A stretch of 64,000 nt of DNA from Octopus sinensis (GCF_006345805.1 NC_042998.1:182218001-182282000); one strand, 5' to 3'; numbered from the stretch's first letter, positions 12,538-24,207 are shown. Program-made: numbers and translations. The notes: a model not told the origin generated them from the sequence alone.

Positions 12538-13100
12538 ATATGCCCTGATGCAGTACCAGGCAGTGGCTCTCATGGCTTCTGATCTCAACTGATTGGAAGT
12601 ATTATCATGTACATTATTTTGTCTTGGTATAAAAGATGGGCTACAGCAAATATTCTGCTCAATACCATATATTTGCTTGTCAGTTGTTTGACCTCAACCA
12701 CTTGAGCATGTCCCTTAGTGGCTGACGATATGTGCATCTCTGATCACGAACAGAAGTAATGGGGGAGCATCATAGCTATGTGTTGAGAGGGATTCTTTGG
12801 AGGTTTGGATAATTCACCTTTGGAAACATGGGTGTTTCGTTCAACATCCTTAAACAATCTTTATTCAGGGACCTTTTGAGCGGGATGGGCTACTCGACCA
12901 GAAGAAAATTGTAACTGGGTCCCACCTGCAAGGTCATGCGCTGTTTATCTTGATATGAGATCACCATGTCGCGTACATATGACTGTGATGCATGTGCCTG
13001 GTGTACCCTTATCAGACGGGCAGTCATGATGGGTATACTGGGCTTCGTATATTTTACCCCAGTGTCACTTTGATGGCATGCACTGCACTCTTACTCAATA
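12538..13100 (+). mobile_element. ~560-bp non-coding insert within an (AAT)n tract (probable retroelement 3' UTR or non-autonomous element)
   Basis: Balanced-composition unique sequence bounded on both sides by (AAT)n; no convincing ORF. Confidence 0.45.
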
Positions 13101-13126
13101 ATAAAATAATAATAATAATAATAATA

Positions 13127-13171
<45 letters not shown>

Positions 13172-13814
13172 CTAAGTGAGTGTATATAAACAGGCACACA
13201 CATAAACTGCAAATATGTATATACGTATAAGCTACATATACTGTGAATTAGCTTTCCCTGAGGCTTAATAAGTCGAAAACAATTATATTTCATGCTACAA
13301 CTTCTGTATGGTTTATAAGTAGTAAAGTTTTAAAATAAAAAACAATATCGTTATTTCATTCGTGTTCTCATTTTAAATAGCCATTTAAACTTATTCAATA
13401 TTAGTCATTTTCTCTCTTCTTGTGGCTGTTTCAAAGGATAACTTTTTTTCTCAAAAACATCGTCCTGTTCTCGGTATTCCTAAGTGTAGAAGAGCAAAGA
13501 AAGCCCATGGGTATTGTTATTCATTGTGAAATTTGTTAATCTAATGTATAACTTGATTTAACCCTCAAGCTAATATTTTATTCTCGGGGTCAAAGTCTGC
13601 TTTGTACGGAACAGAATTCAATGAAGAACACAAAATGTAATAGTGGTTGTGGTGTGGTGATGGGGAGACTGTGACAGTCACGCTAATGATGTCAGCGACA
13701 ACGACGCTGATGCTAATAGTGATGATAATGATATTGACGATGATGATGATTAAATGCGAATGCAATTCTATAGATTTTTGCGTGTGTGTGTGTGAGTATA
13801 TGTATGTTTGCATC

Positions 13815-14045
13815 GGCGGCGAGCTGGCAGAAACGTTAGCGCGCCGGGCGAAATGCTGAGCGGTATTTCGTCATTCGTTACGTTCTGAGTTCAAATTCCG
13901 CCGAGGTCGACATTGCCTTTCATCCTTTCGGGGTCGATAAATAAAGTACCAGTTTTGCACTGGGGTCGATGTAATCGACTTAATCCCTTTGTCTGTCCTT
14001 GTTTGTCTCCTCTATGTTTAGCCCCTTGTGGGTAATAAAGAAATA
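13815..14045 (+). mobile_element. SINE group A (young type)
   Basis: Full-length copy; approximate TSD TATGTATGT(T/C)TGCAT. Confidence 0.9.
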
Positions 14046-16113
14046 TGTATGTATGTCTGCATGTTTATTATCAAGACATTTTCACATATTCTAACATTGT
14101 ATATATTATTCATTGCAAGTTGCTACTGACAGCATAACTAAATCTTGAACATTTTGCTAATGTACTAAAACAGCGCTGCAGCCATTTCTAGGCATTGAAA
14201 ATCAAAACCAAACAGCATTCGGGTGTTTTCCTCATGGAAGGAAAGAAACGGGAATATAAGGTCGTATGCAAAGATCCTAATGGTACCTTCCAGTCGTTGA
14301 CTGGAAGGTACATATTTTAAATAAAGCGTCGCCCCGACCTTATGTCACAGTTTGAGTTGATAAAATAATACTGATTGTTGAGTTGAGGAAGCATTGGGTA
14401 AGCAATACGGAGTGGGCATATGAAAGGAAGGGCCTAGAATATAAGGTACCCTGGTCGTCATGTTAGGTATGACGTTAACCGTCTATCTCACTTCCAGGGA
14501 AGGTGATGATGTCATGAGTGTCTAGCTAGATCCACAATGTCGTAAATGACTGGCACTGGATTAAGGAATGATACTGGAGTATTGATTGGTGCAATGCAGA
14601 GAAAGTAGAGAAAGATTCATGATGGATAAGGCATAGGCAAGTAAAAAAATTAAAAGACCAAAGCTGAGAGCGTAGTGCAAATACTTAGCTAGTGGCCAAA
14701 CAAAATAAGTAGTGTATAATGGCCTACATTTCTCGAAGTTAGCTGGTGTTATACTGCCAGCATTTAAGCACTCCCAAACTTCTCGCCTCTCCATCTCTTT
14801 ATCTTTGTTTCATCCAACCCACAGCTTCGCGCCAACAACTATGCGTAATCTTTCCACCCCGAACATCGAACCTCTGCAGTGTCCTCTTTGCTTATGTCTT
14901 TGTTACAAGTGCTGGACTGTAACAATCTAAATGTTAATGGTATCGAGCTCATCGGACTCAGTAGGAGTGTAACGTCTATCCATGGTCACCGTCCAGCACA
15001 TCAGATTCAGTAAGTAAAAATAAAGAAAAACTATTGTTGGCGTATAACAAATTAGTTGATTGCATGAATAACAAAAAGAAAACAAAGCCCATTGTAGGCT
15101 TTAAGGCTTTAAAAATTTAGGTAATAACTGGCAGCATCTACGTTGCATTGCAACGTTGGAAAGAAGGATAAGGTCAGAAGTTACCGACATCGTAGCGATC
15201 TCCAGTCGACAGATGATGAAGGGAATGTCCCGGAGTACATACAAGCTGTATGTAAAATATTTAATTACATACACACGCGCACGCACATACAAATACGTGT
15301 ATGTGATTTCTGTTATTATTATTATTATCATTATTATTTTTCTAATGTATTTCTCAGCAATAGCATAGAAGTCAGGTAGGGTTGAGTTTATTTGCGAGTG
15401 ATAAACGAATACATTGAAACTGGGTTCCCTGTCTATTTGTCATGTTACAATAAATAGTATCTACAGTAACACTGTAATATCTATCAACTTGTCCAACTAC
15501 CAGTCTTAATTCAGCAAATATTTACACTGCTCTACGTAAAATATATTTTGCTGTTTATGTTATCATTAATATCTTCAGCATTTATTTCCTGACATACTTC
15601 GAACCCTGTCTTACGCCATTATTTCCCGTTTTTCCCTCCATTTTTTTTTTATCTACGACACTTCCTGTTTAATTCATATAACATTTGTTTTTTTTTTTTG
15701 TTTTTATCTTTACTTTATATTTTGCTTTTCTTTCTTTTTAACTGCCAAGTTTCAGTTTCGTCTTAATGCTAAAAAATTCAAGAAAAATATTGTGAGAGGG
15801 GAAAACCATTTTAATGAACCACACACGCACACACACACACATATTTGTAGATATATTTTGATGCAATTGACTATTACTCCCCTATAGCCAATACTCGGAG
15901 TTTCAGACCAGGTGGCCGTCTTCAAATTGCACGAAAGAGAAAAAAAAAGTGAAAAACAAAATGAAAAAGCAGTACTAGTAACGGACTTACAGCATAGAGC
16001 GTCTCGAGCGGGTCTGCAGCATAAATTTCCGGTCTTCTACATATGTACCGATGTTTATTTATGTTCGGTCGACCGTATGTATTTGTGTGTGTTTGTGTGT
16101 GTGTGTGTGTGTA

Positions 16114-16183
<70 letters not shown>

Positions 16184-16190
16184 TATATTT

Positions 16191-16800
16191 GTCTCTTCTA
16201 TTTTCTAATTATTATAAATCTTCTGCTGAGTTGAGAGTCGGTGTCCAACAAAGATATGAGGCTCTATCTTTGGGATGTAGTTAACACAGACAAATTCACA
16301 TTTAGAACTTGAGAAAAGTTTTGCATATTTTTACTGTTCCACTCACAGATTGCGCTTGTAATGTACGCATTAGCCGGTCGATTTCTCTTTCTGAAAATCC
16401 CGGTTTATCCAGATTCTCCTTTAAATATTTACTAACAAAACCAGTACTCCAATTATTATTAGTATGAATATGAATTCATAGTCTGGTTATAGAAGCTGGA
16501 GGTTTCAAAGCAGTTGTCCATAGAAATCCAATCTTTTTCTTTGATTTTCAAAGAGATACTTATATCTGCAGTGCAGCTGACCTCTATGACGATACATACC
16601 TTTGTTCCTCTGTTATGTTTACATTTGTCAGAAGTTTTGATGGAAACATTCCACCAGTATTCCTTGAGTTGGTGTTTATGAATGTATTCCATAATAGAAG
16701 GATTTTATAAGTTTATTTCAGGACAGTCTTTTTTGCGGAGATCATTGTAAATTGTTTTAACAACATCGTGCCACATAGGCGGGTAATACCGTGATGACAT
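16191..16800 (-). mobile_element. RLE-type non-LTR retrotransposon 3' fragment (R4/Dong- or NeSL-like), copy 1
   Basis: YWWNVSIKTSDKCKHNR...IVIEVSCTADISISLKIKEK...GTVKICKTFLKF* (stop at 16302-16304) is a restriction-like endonuclease C-terminus; 3' end abuts (CA)n. Confidence 0.8.
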
Positions 16801-16816
16801 GCATGTATGTATATAT

Positions 16817-16850
<34 letters not shown>

Positions 16851-16909
16851 ATATATATATGTATGTATGTTTGTAGGTATGTATGCACGTATTTGTGTGT
16901 GTATGTATA

Positions 16910-16957
<48 letters not shown>

Positions 16958-17034
16958 GTAACATATATACATTATATATATAACATATATATATATATAT
17001 ATATTATACATACATATATATATATAACATATAC

Positions 17035-17096
<62 letters not shown>

Positions 17097-17217
17097 ATAC
17101 ATATATATAACATATACATATATATAACATATATATATATAATATATACATATATATGACATATACATATATATAACATATACATATATATAACATATAC
17201 ATATATATAACATATAC

Positions 17218-17269
<52 letters not shown>

Positions 17270-17276
17270 TATATAT
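16801..17276. repeat. Compound (TA)n/(TACA)n/(CA)n block with a short TAACATATACATATA-type minisatellite
   Basis: Direct reading. Confidence 0.9.
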
Positions 17277-17834
17277 AAAATAATAGTTATCGCCATACTA
17301 ATATGGCATTCTTATAAAAATAAGAATAAAGCTGTCCGCTTATTAGCTCCATGAGGCCATCGCCTTAAGTTAGCTATTTGATATACAAACTGTATCCATA
17401 TAACCTTCGAACAAGGAGGTCAGTCGCTCCACACTACTTGACCGGCAGCTACAGACGCGTTTCGGGGTATTGCCCCTTTTCAATGCAGCGTAGCCAGCCA
17501 GTAGGTGTCGCTTCCGACAATCTCTGTTCGATGGTTTTATTTACCTAGTTTCGGTGGAATACATCCACTTGTTTTCAATAATAGAAATATTAAAATTACT
17601 AAGTCTCTCTAAAAGAGAACAGCGGCAGCGTTCCCGAAAATAATAGTTATCGCCATACTAATATGGCATTCTTATAAAAATAAGAATAAAGCTGTCCGCT
17701 TATTAGCTCCATGAGGCCATCGCCTTAAGTTAGCTATTTGATACACAAACTGTATCCATATAACCTTCGAACAAGGGAGGTCAGTCGCTCCACACTACTT
17801 GACCGGCAGCTACAGACGCGTTTCGGGGTATTGC
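17277..17834 (-). mobile_element. 360-bp unit plus partial tandem copy (PLE pLTR / retrozyme-like)
   Basis: TAATAGTTATCGCCATACT... starts at both 17281 and 17641; the repeated part is near-identical; bounded by TA-rich repeats; contains a hammerhead motif. Confidence 0.75.
17448..17489 (-). ncRNA. Type I hammerhead ribozyme, U3-A8 core variant
   Basis: RNA GCUGCA UUGAAAA GGGG CAAUA CCCC GAAA CGCG UC UGUAGC: stem I 6 bp (one G-U), stem II 4 bp, palindromic helix III ACGCGU, GUC triplet. Confidence 0.7.
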
Positions 17835-17846
17835 ATATAACATATG

Positions 17847-18270
17847 TGTGCTTGTGAAAACCTGTTAAGCCGAGTGAAATCGTAGTCGTGGCCGATGCCA
17901 GTGCCGTCTGACTGGCACCCGCGCCGGTGGCAAGTAAAAAGCACCATTCGAGCGTTGGACCTCATGGAAGCAGTGACAGAGGACCAAGACTCTTGGCAAT
18001 ATACCGTGCTTGTGGTGACCTGTCAAGCCAAATGAGACCGTAGTCGTGGCCGATGCCGGTGTCAGGTCTATGGCATCCGTGCCGGTGGCACATAAAAAGT
18101 ACCCACTACACTCTCGGAGTGGTTGGCGTTAGGAAAGGCATCCAATCTTAGAAACCTTGCCAAATCAGAGTGGAACCTGGTGCAGCCCCTCCGGTTTACC
18201 AGTTTCCAATCAAACCGTCCAAACCATGCCAGCATGGAAAGCGGACGTTAAACGGATGATGATGATGATA
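17847..18270 (+). mobile_element. GC-richer SINE/RTE-related repeat with internal ~158-bp tandem and (GAT)n tail
   Basis: GTGCTTGTG...CGTAGTCGTGGCCGATGCC...GCCGGTGGCA occurs twice (from about 17848 and 18006); ends in GATGATGATGAT. Confidence 0.65.
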
Positions 18271-18499
18271 ATAACTATAGAACTATTTAATATTATGCCT
18301 ACATATATCCTCATACACATATCATCATATATACACATTGAGGCACATGTAATCGCACAGAGAAACCCGCTATTCCACAAAACCTCTCCCGACCTTATTT
18401 CTAAGTGCAAAACTCAAAAGTAACTAAAACCTTACCAAATACTAACGAGGGAGATTACTAACTAAACGACGATTAAACCATGTACGGTTTAACATACTT

Positions 18500-19490
18500 T
18501 ATTAAGTAGATCTTATTTTTACAAACACTCATTCCTACTAATATTTAAAATGACAGTGAGTAAGTAGTAGAGCCTACCAAATTCTTTTCTCACGCTTGTA
18601 GATATTAACATACACATTCTGTTATAGGGCTTCAATTCTTTTAAATAACTGTCCCCTGCACACAAAGAATAGCTCTAGCAGACTATATCTTTGTGTTATA
18701 CAAGACAAGCTGCACATTGTCAATCTTAATTTTGTGATACAAGGGCTTTTCCTGTTATCCATATCGGTCATCTATAGTTAACATCATGCCTATTACAACT
18801 TTATCTCTATATGAGTTAGAAAGGCAGATAATATACATCGTCACAGTGAGACCCCAGGGATTTGAGCTAACCGGATTTCACTTCCCTGATTGCTATAGTT
18901 ACTGGCGCTTCTTTGATCTGTATACAACTGACCCAGTCAGTTGGCCGCCTTGGGTTGGATTTCCTTTCCATTTTCTTTAATACTTTCACAGTACGTCACG
19001 CATTTATTTATATATTTTATTATATTTTTTTTTGCCTAGTGGTCACGGCATGATACACAGCTTTCCCTAATGACCGTCTGGTTCGTAACACTACACAAAA
19101 AATGGTAAAGCTTTATTCCCACCACCCTTGCCTGTCTTTCGTTATTCTCTAGCCATCTCACTTTCCTAATTATTTCATGCCTTCTCTATTATTCTGATTT
19201 CTTTCCCATATAAAATCGTTAGTCTGACAAATAGATTCCAAATATTTTTCTTTAATAGCTATTATCTTTTCTCATTCGCTGTTTTGTCTATCTTAGCTTT
19301 CCGCCAGCATCAGCATCGTTTTCTAAAAGGCCCATTATTTTAAACACAGACTTGCTTGATCGGAATGCTTTGTTATTATTCTCAATTCCTTTGTTTTCAG
19401 TTACCAAATTTCTGTAGTTAATACATGTGCTAAAATGTAATTTCTACTTTAATGATCAACCATCGAGCATATATTTTGTTTCCATTATTT
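18500..19490 (-). pseudogene. Possible highly decayed L1/Tx1-like ORF2 C-terminal region
   Basis: Weak minus-strand motifs NDFIWE and CSLSC...LLELFFVC (cf. CxxC...EHLFFxC); many stops. Confidence 0.3.
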
Positions 19491-19510
19491 TTTTTATATA
19501 TATAATTTAC

Positions 19511-19927
19511 GGATCTTTTCGGTTTGAACGGCAGTTTTTAACATAATTTCTAGGTAACTAAAAAATTTTAAACTTCGTATACTGGTAGAATGTGTTTATA
19601 AAACATCTTTTTCTCTTGGCTTTATTGAGAAAATTCTATAGTTTGTAAGATATTTGTTGTTTTTTTTCTTCAATTTCTGCTATTTCAACCAATCACTGAC
19701 GTCTATTGTGGTAAAAAACATTCTGTGCCGTATGAATATGTCCCTCGTTTAAGAAACAGATTGGGTTTATTTACATTTGTGAAGAAAAAAAGATACCCTT
19801 CCCTCCACCCCTAACCCTAACCCTAAAACAGCTTGAAATGCAATAGATCGATACTAGGGTCATAATTATGGGTGACAATTTCATATGACACCGCTAGAAA
19901 AAACTGCCGTTCAAACCGAAATGATCC
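19511..19927 (+). mobile_element. GGATC-MITE copy 3 (subfamily A)
   Basis: TIRs; perfect TSD TAATTTAC. Confidence 0.92.
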
Positions 19928-20144
19928 TAATTTACTTCGTTGTTCTCCATGAATTTATTTTTGAATTTATTTTTCATATATCATTGTTGCCACATTATAT
20001 ACCCTTTGGTTGAATCGGTTGTCGCTGATTGGAGGCAAGGCATTTTGACTCTGGTTTTCACGCACAGGGTGAACTCACGTCAAAAGGCTTAGCTCTAAAA
20101 GAGTCGTGGTGTAAGGTAATCATGAGTGTAGGACAACATCCCTC

Positions 20145-20557
20145 GGATCTTTTCGGTTTGAACGGCAGTTTTTTCTAGCGGTCTCATATGAAATTGTCAC
20201 CCATTGCATTGCATTTCAATCTATTTTAGGGTTAGGGTTAGTTAGGGTTAGGGTTGGGGGAAGGGTATCTTTTTTTCTTCACAAATGTAAATAAACCCAA
20301 TCTGTTTCTTAAACGAGGGACATTTTCATACGGCACAGAATGTTTTTCACCTCAATAGACGTCATTGATTGGTTGAAATTGCAGAAATTGAAGGAAAAAA
20401 CAAACAACAACAAATATCTTACAAACTATAGAATTTTCTCAATAAAGCCAAGAGAAAAATATGTTTTATAAACACATTCTACCAGTATACGAAGTTTAAA
20501 AGTGTTTAGTTACGTGGAAATTATTTTAAAAAACTGCCGGTCAAACCGAAAAGGTCC
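20145..20557 (-). mobile_element. GGATC-MITE copy 4 (subfamily B)
   Basis: TIRs; TSD CATCCCTC/CACCCCTC; inverted relative to copy 3, 217 bp away. Confidence 0.9.
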
Positions 20558-21654
20558 CACCCCTCCCCGGACAACCCCCCCACCCCATGACAAAACTCTC
20601 TCGGACAAAACCCCCGTAGTTAAAGTGTGAAAGCGGACAAAACCTCCTCGGTTATATTTTTCGTTTTTGCCCCTTTTACTTGTTTCAGTCATTAGTCTGT
20701 AGTCATGCTGGGGTACCGCCTTGAAAATTTTTTAGTCGAATGTATCGCCCCCAGAATATTTTTTAGGTGATTTTTTCAGCGCATGAAATTAAGCAGAGAA
20801 GGTCTCTCCACATGCTAGAAATAACAGCCAAATCACTTAAATTTTTTAATAATTTCACGTAAACAAAAACGGAAATAGCGGTTGTAAAAAACTTTTATTT
20901 TCCGAAATTCTAATTTTTAAGTAAGCAAAATATATTCAATCGAAAATAAATAAGTAGAATAGAATAACTGAACACGAGACTCTTTACTACTCCATGTACA
21001 TATTGTCTGAATTCTAACAAAAGGGAAATCGTTTAATTCAAGAAATGTGTAGAAAGATAGAAATGACAAGAAGTACGTTTGAACGACTAACCTTCGTTGC
21101 CATAATTCTGTTAGACCTTCAACGGCCGGAGAAAGTTCAAAAGGTCAGCTCATTATCATTAATCTCTAAGTGAAGAGAGAAGAAAACAAAAGACTTTACA
21201 TTTAAAATTTAAATGCCGATTTTTCTGCAAGTAAAAATTCTTCAAGGCGGTGCCCCAGCATGGCCGAAGTTTAATGACTGAAATAAACAAGAAAATAAAT
21301 TGTCCGAAGCGGTTTTGTCCGGATCCCGGTAATCACAACTAGGTTAAGCCTCAAGTTAAAAAATTGAGATTGGAAATTGTACAATAATCAGCAAGGCAAG
21401 ATTTAATTTATCATCAAAGTTTAACGTACTCAGCTTAGCGAACTTCGAAATAAAGAATCCTTTAAGAAACTCTTTAAGAATCTCCTCAAAGAATTAATTC
21501 TGTATGAATTCGAATGAAATCTCGATCCAGAAGATAGCGGCTATAACTACAGACTTAACCGACCAAGGAAACAATAAGAACTTCATGGTAGAAACACTCA
21601 AGTTCCGTTATCAAGCACTTACTTATTACCTCGATTCTGTCACTAGCTGATCTT

Positions 21655-21887
21655 GAGGCGGCGAGCTGGCAGAAACGTTAGTACGCCGGGCGAGATGCTT
21701 AGCGGTATTTCGTCTGCAGTTACGTTCTGAGTTCAAATTCCGCTGAGATCGACTTTGTTTTTCATCCTTTCGGGGTCGATTAAATAAGTACCAGTTACGC
21801 GCTGGGGTCGATATAATCGACTTAATCCGTTTGTCTATTCTTGTTTGTCCTCTCTGTTTTTGGCCCCTTGTGGGTAATAAAGAAACA
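21655..21887 (+). mobile_element. SINE group A (young type)
   Basis: Perfect 22-bp TSD GATTCTGTCACTAGCTGATCTT (21633-21654 / 21888-21909). Confidence 0.93.
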
Positions 21888-22465
21888 GATTCTGTCACTA
21901 GCTGATCTTCATGTTTTCCATATCCCTCTGAATATTTATGGGAATCTGTATGAGTCATTTCATATTTACGAAGTTACATTTCACATTAAATAGCAATGTC
22001 CTCACATTATTTGTTTTATCTTCCTGTTCCACTTGGTTTTATAGACAACGAGTTGATTCAGTATGCTGGACCATTTGAATAAAATATCTTTGTCAACAAT
22101 CAATTAGGTGTTGGGCATAGCGGAATCAGGTGAGTTTCAGACAAATAACCTGGTAAAAAGTCTGTTTATATTTTGAGCTCAAAACCCATTCACTCCATTT
22201 TGCCTTCCCTCCTTGTGAAATCTATGAGATAAAAGTATTGGGGTTGATATAATCGACTATACTCTGGAAACTGTTGTCTCAGCATAGTCACAATTTTTAA
22301 CTGAAAGATGTAAAATAATAGAAAGAAAAGAATGTGTGTGTGTATTCGTGTACCACGTGGAGCAATACGACCTTTTTGGATTAATATTTCAGATGTACTT
22401 ACAAGAAATTCTCTATAATAGATACTGGTCTTTACAGAGATAACAATTTAACACACACAACATAA

Positions 22466-22510
<45 letters not shown>

Positions 22511-22530
22511 ATATATATTATATATATATA

Positions 22531-22564
22531 TAGGCGTAGGAGTGGCTTGTGTGGTTTCGGGTTC

Positions 22565-22601
<37 letters not shown>

Positions 22602-22995
22602 GAGAGAGAGTGGTAAGAAGCTTGATTCCCACACCACATGGTTCTGGGTTGAATCTCACTGCATGGCACCTTGGGTAAGTGTTTCCTATTATAGCCCTGG
22701 GTTGACCAAAGCCTTGTGAGTGGACTTGGGAGATGGAAACTGAAAGAAGCCCGTTGTATGTGTGTATGTGTATGTGTGTGCGTTTGTATGTGTTTGCGTG
22801 TGTATGCGTTTGTCTCCCAACCACCGCTTGACAACCGGTGCTGGCGTTTACGTACCCGGTCCACCAAAAAGGACCGATATGTACCAGGCTTTAAAAATAA
22901 ATATTGGCATCGATACATTCGACTAAAAAATTCTTCAAGCCAGTGCACCAGCATGGCTGCAGTTTAATGAGTGAAACACGTAAAAGATAAAAGAT
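22531..22995 (+). mobile_element. SINE group C (bipartite)
   Basis: TAGGCGTAGGAG head interrupted by (TA)n(GA)n, TG-rich spacer, conserved 3' half. Confidence 0.85.
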
Positions 22996-23005
22996 ATATA
23001 TATAT

Positions 23006-23036
<31 letters not shown>

Positions 23037-23043
23037 TATATAT

Positions 23044-23679
23044 ATCGTGACGTATTTTTGCCATTTCAATATGGCTAACCCCTAAGGGTGGATGCTACTG
23101 TAGTTTTTAGCCCAGGAGGACTTCATAAGTTGAAGACGGGAAGGATGACTTCCCTTTGCAAATACTGACAGGACACAGAAAGTGTGTCTATGGCCAGCTG
23201 GAGGAGTGTGTCCTGGGGCTAAAAACTACAGTAGTATCCACCCTTAGGGGTTAGCCATATTGAAATGGCAAAAATACGTCACGATGTGTTACCGCTACTG
23301 TATATAACTCACTTTGATATTTATCATTGTTTGATTTCACTTTTTCAATATCAGCGACAGTGGACGCTGGAAAAAGTATAAGTATTTGTGAAGGAAATCT
23401 AATTCTCGCCGACAACTATGATGTCACACGCTGACGAGAGGTCAATACCTCGAAACTCGAGTCCGTGTGTATCATAAGTTGAAGACGGGAAGGATGACTT
23501 CCCTTTGCAAATACTGACAAGGACACAGAAAGTGTCTATGGCCAGCTGGAGGAGTGTGTCCTCCTGGGGCTAAAAACTACAGTAGCATCCACCCTTAGGG
23601 GTTAGCCATATTGAAATGGCAAAAATACGTCACGATGTGTTACCGCTACTGTATATAACTCACTTTGATATTTATCATT
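23044..23679 (+). mobile_element. Hammerhead-bearing element: inverted 5' segment plus 349-bp partial tandem, in (TA)n
   Basis: 23123-23328 is repeated at 23472-23679; 23044-23120 is the reverse complement of about 23207-23285; (TA)n on both sides. Confidence 0.8.
23425..23469 (+). ncRNA. Canonical type I hammerhead ribozyme
   Basis: CACACG CUGACGA GAGGU CAAU ACCUC GAAA CUCGAG UC CGUGUG: perfect 6-bp stem I, 5-bp stem II, palindromic helix III ACUCGAGU, GUC site (cleavage 23463/23464). Confidence 0.88.
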
Positions 23680-23690
23680 ATATATATATC

Positions 23691-23728
<38 letters not shown>

Positions 23729-23890
23729 ATATATAATATATATTTAGTGTAGGAAGAAATGGAGCTGAACGAAGATTTAACAAAATTCATTTGAATAATC
23801 CGTAATAAGATAATCCATTTATCTACTTCAATATATATATATATAATAATAATAAATCTCTGAGCGAGGTATAACAGTAACTGCTCTGTA

Positions 23891-24002
23891 ATATAAGCGG
23901 GATCAGCCATCTGAATGTGGCTAGGGACAGGGCGGGGGTGGTGACACCCCCACCACCCCGCCCTGTCCCTAGCCACATTCAGATGGCTGATCCCGCTTAT
24001 AT
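23891..24002. repeat. GC-rich near-perfect fold-back (~50-bp arms) next to (TA)n
   Basis: ATATAAGCGGGATCAGCCATCTGAATGTGGCTAGGGACAGGGCGGGG and its exact reverse complement, with a short spacer. Confidence 0.9.
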
Positions 24003-24019
24003 ATATATATATAATTATA

Positions 24020-24207
24020 TGTAGGTCCCGGGTTGATTCGGGGTTAACCACAGTAAATAAGGTACTCATACATAGCAGAGTAAAATTAATTTATTATATA
24101 GAAGGAGCTTCTACAGGACTAGAACTGTTCATTCAAGAGAAATCTTCAGGAAGATTTCTCTTGAATGAAACAGTTCTAGTCCTGTAGAAGCTCCTTCTAT
24201 ATAATAA
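24020..24207. mobile_element. PLE-like remnant with 57-bp-arm palindrome containing a hammerhead motif (family also at 31893-32045)
   Basis: Arms 24091-24147 / 24150-24207. Minus 24108-24153 reads CUUC CUGAAGA UUUC UCUU GAAU GAA(A) CAG UUCUAGUC CUG UA GAAG, one A short of GAAA. Confidence 0.65.

Noticed and set aside
14283-14311. Perfect 13-bp hairpin GTACCTTCCAGTC-GTT-GACTGGAAGGTAC; similar 15-bp hairpin at 54244-54278
   Set aside because: Isolated, with no U-tract, ribozyme core or TSD; probably transposon remnants, and no function can be supported.
23602-24069. 155-aa minus-strand ORF
   Set aside because: Crosses several unrelated inserts and (TA)n tracts; a chance read-through.
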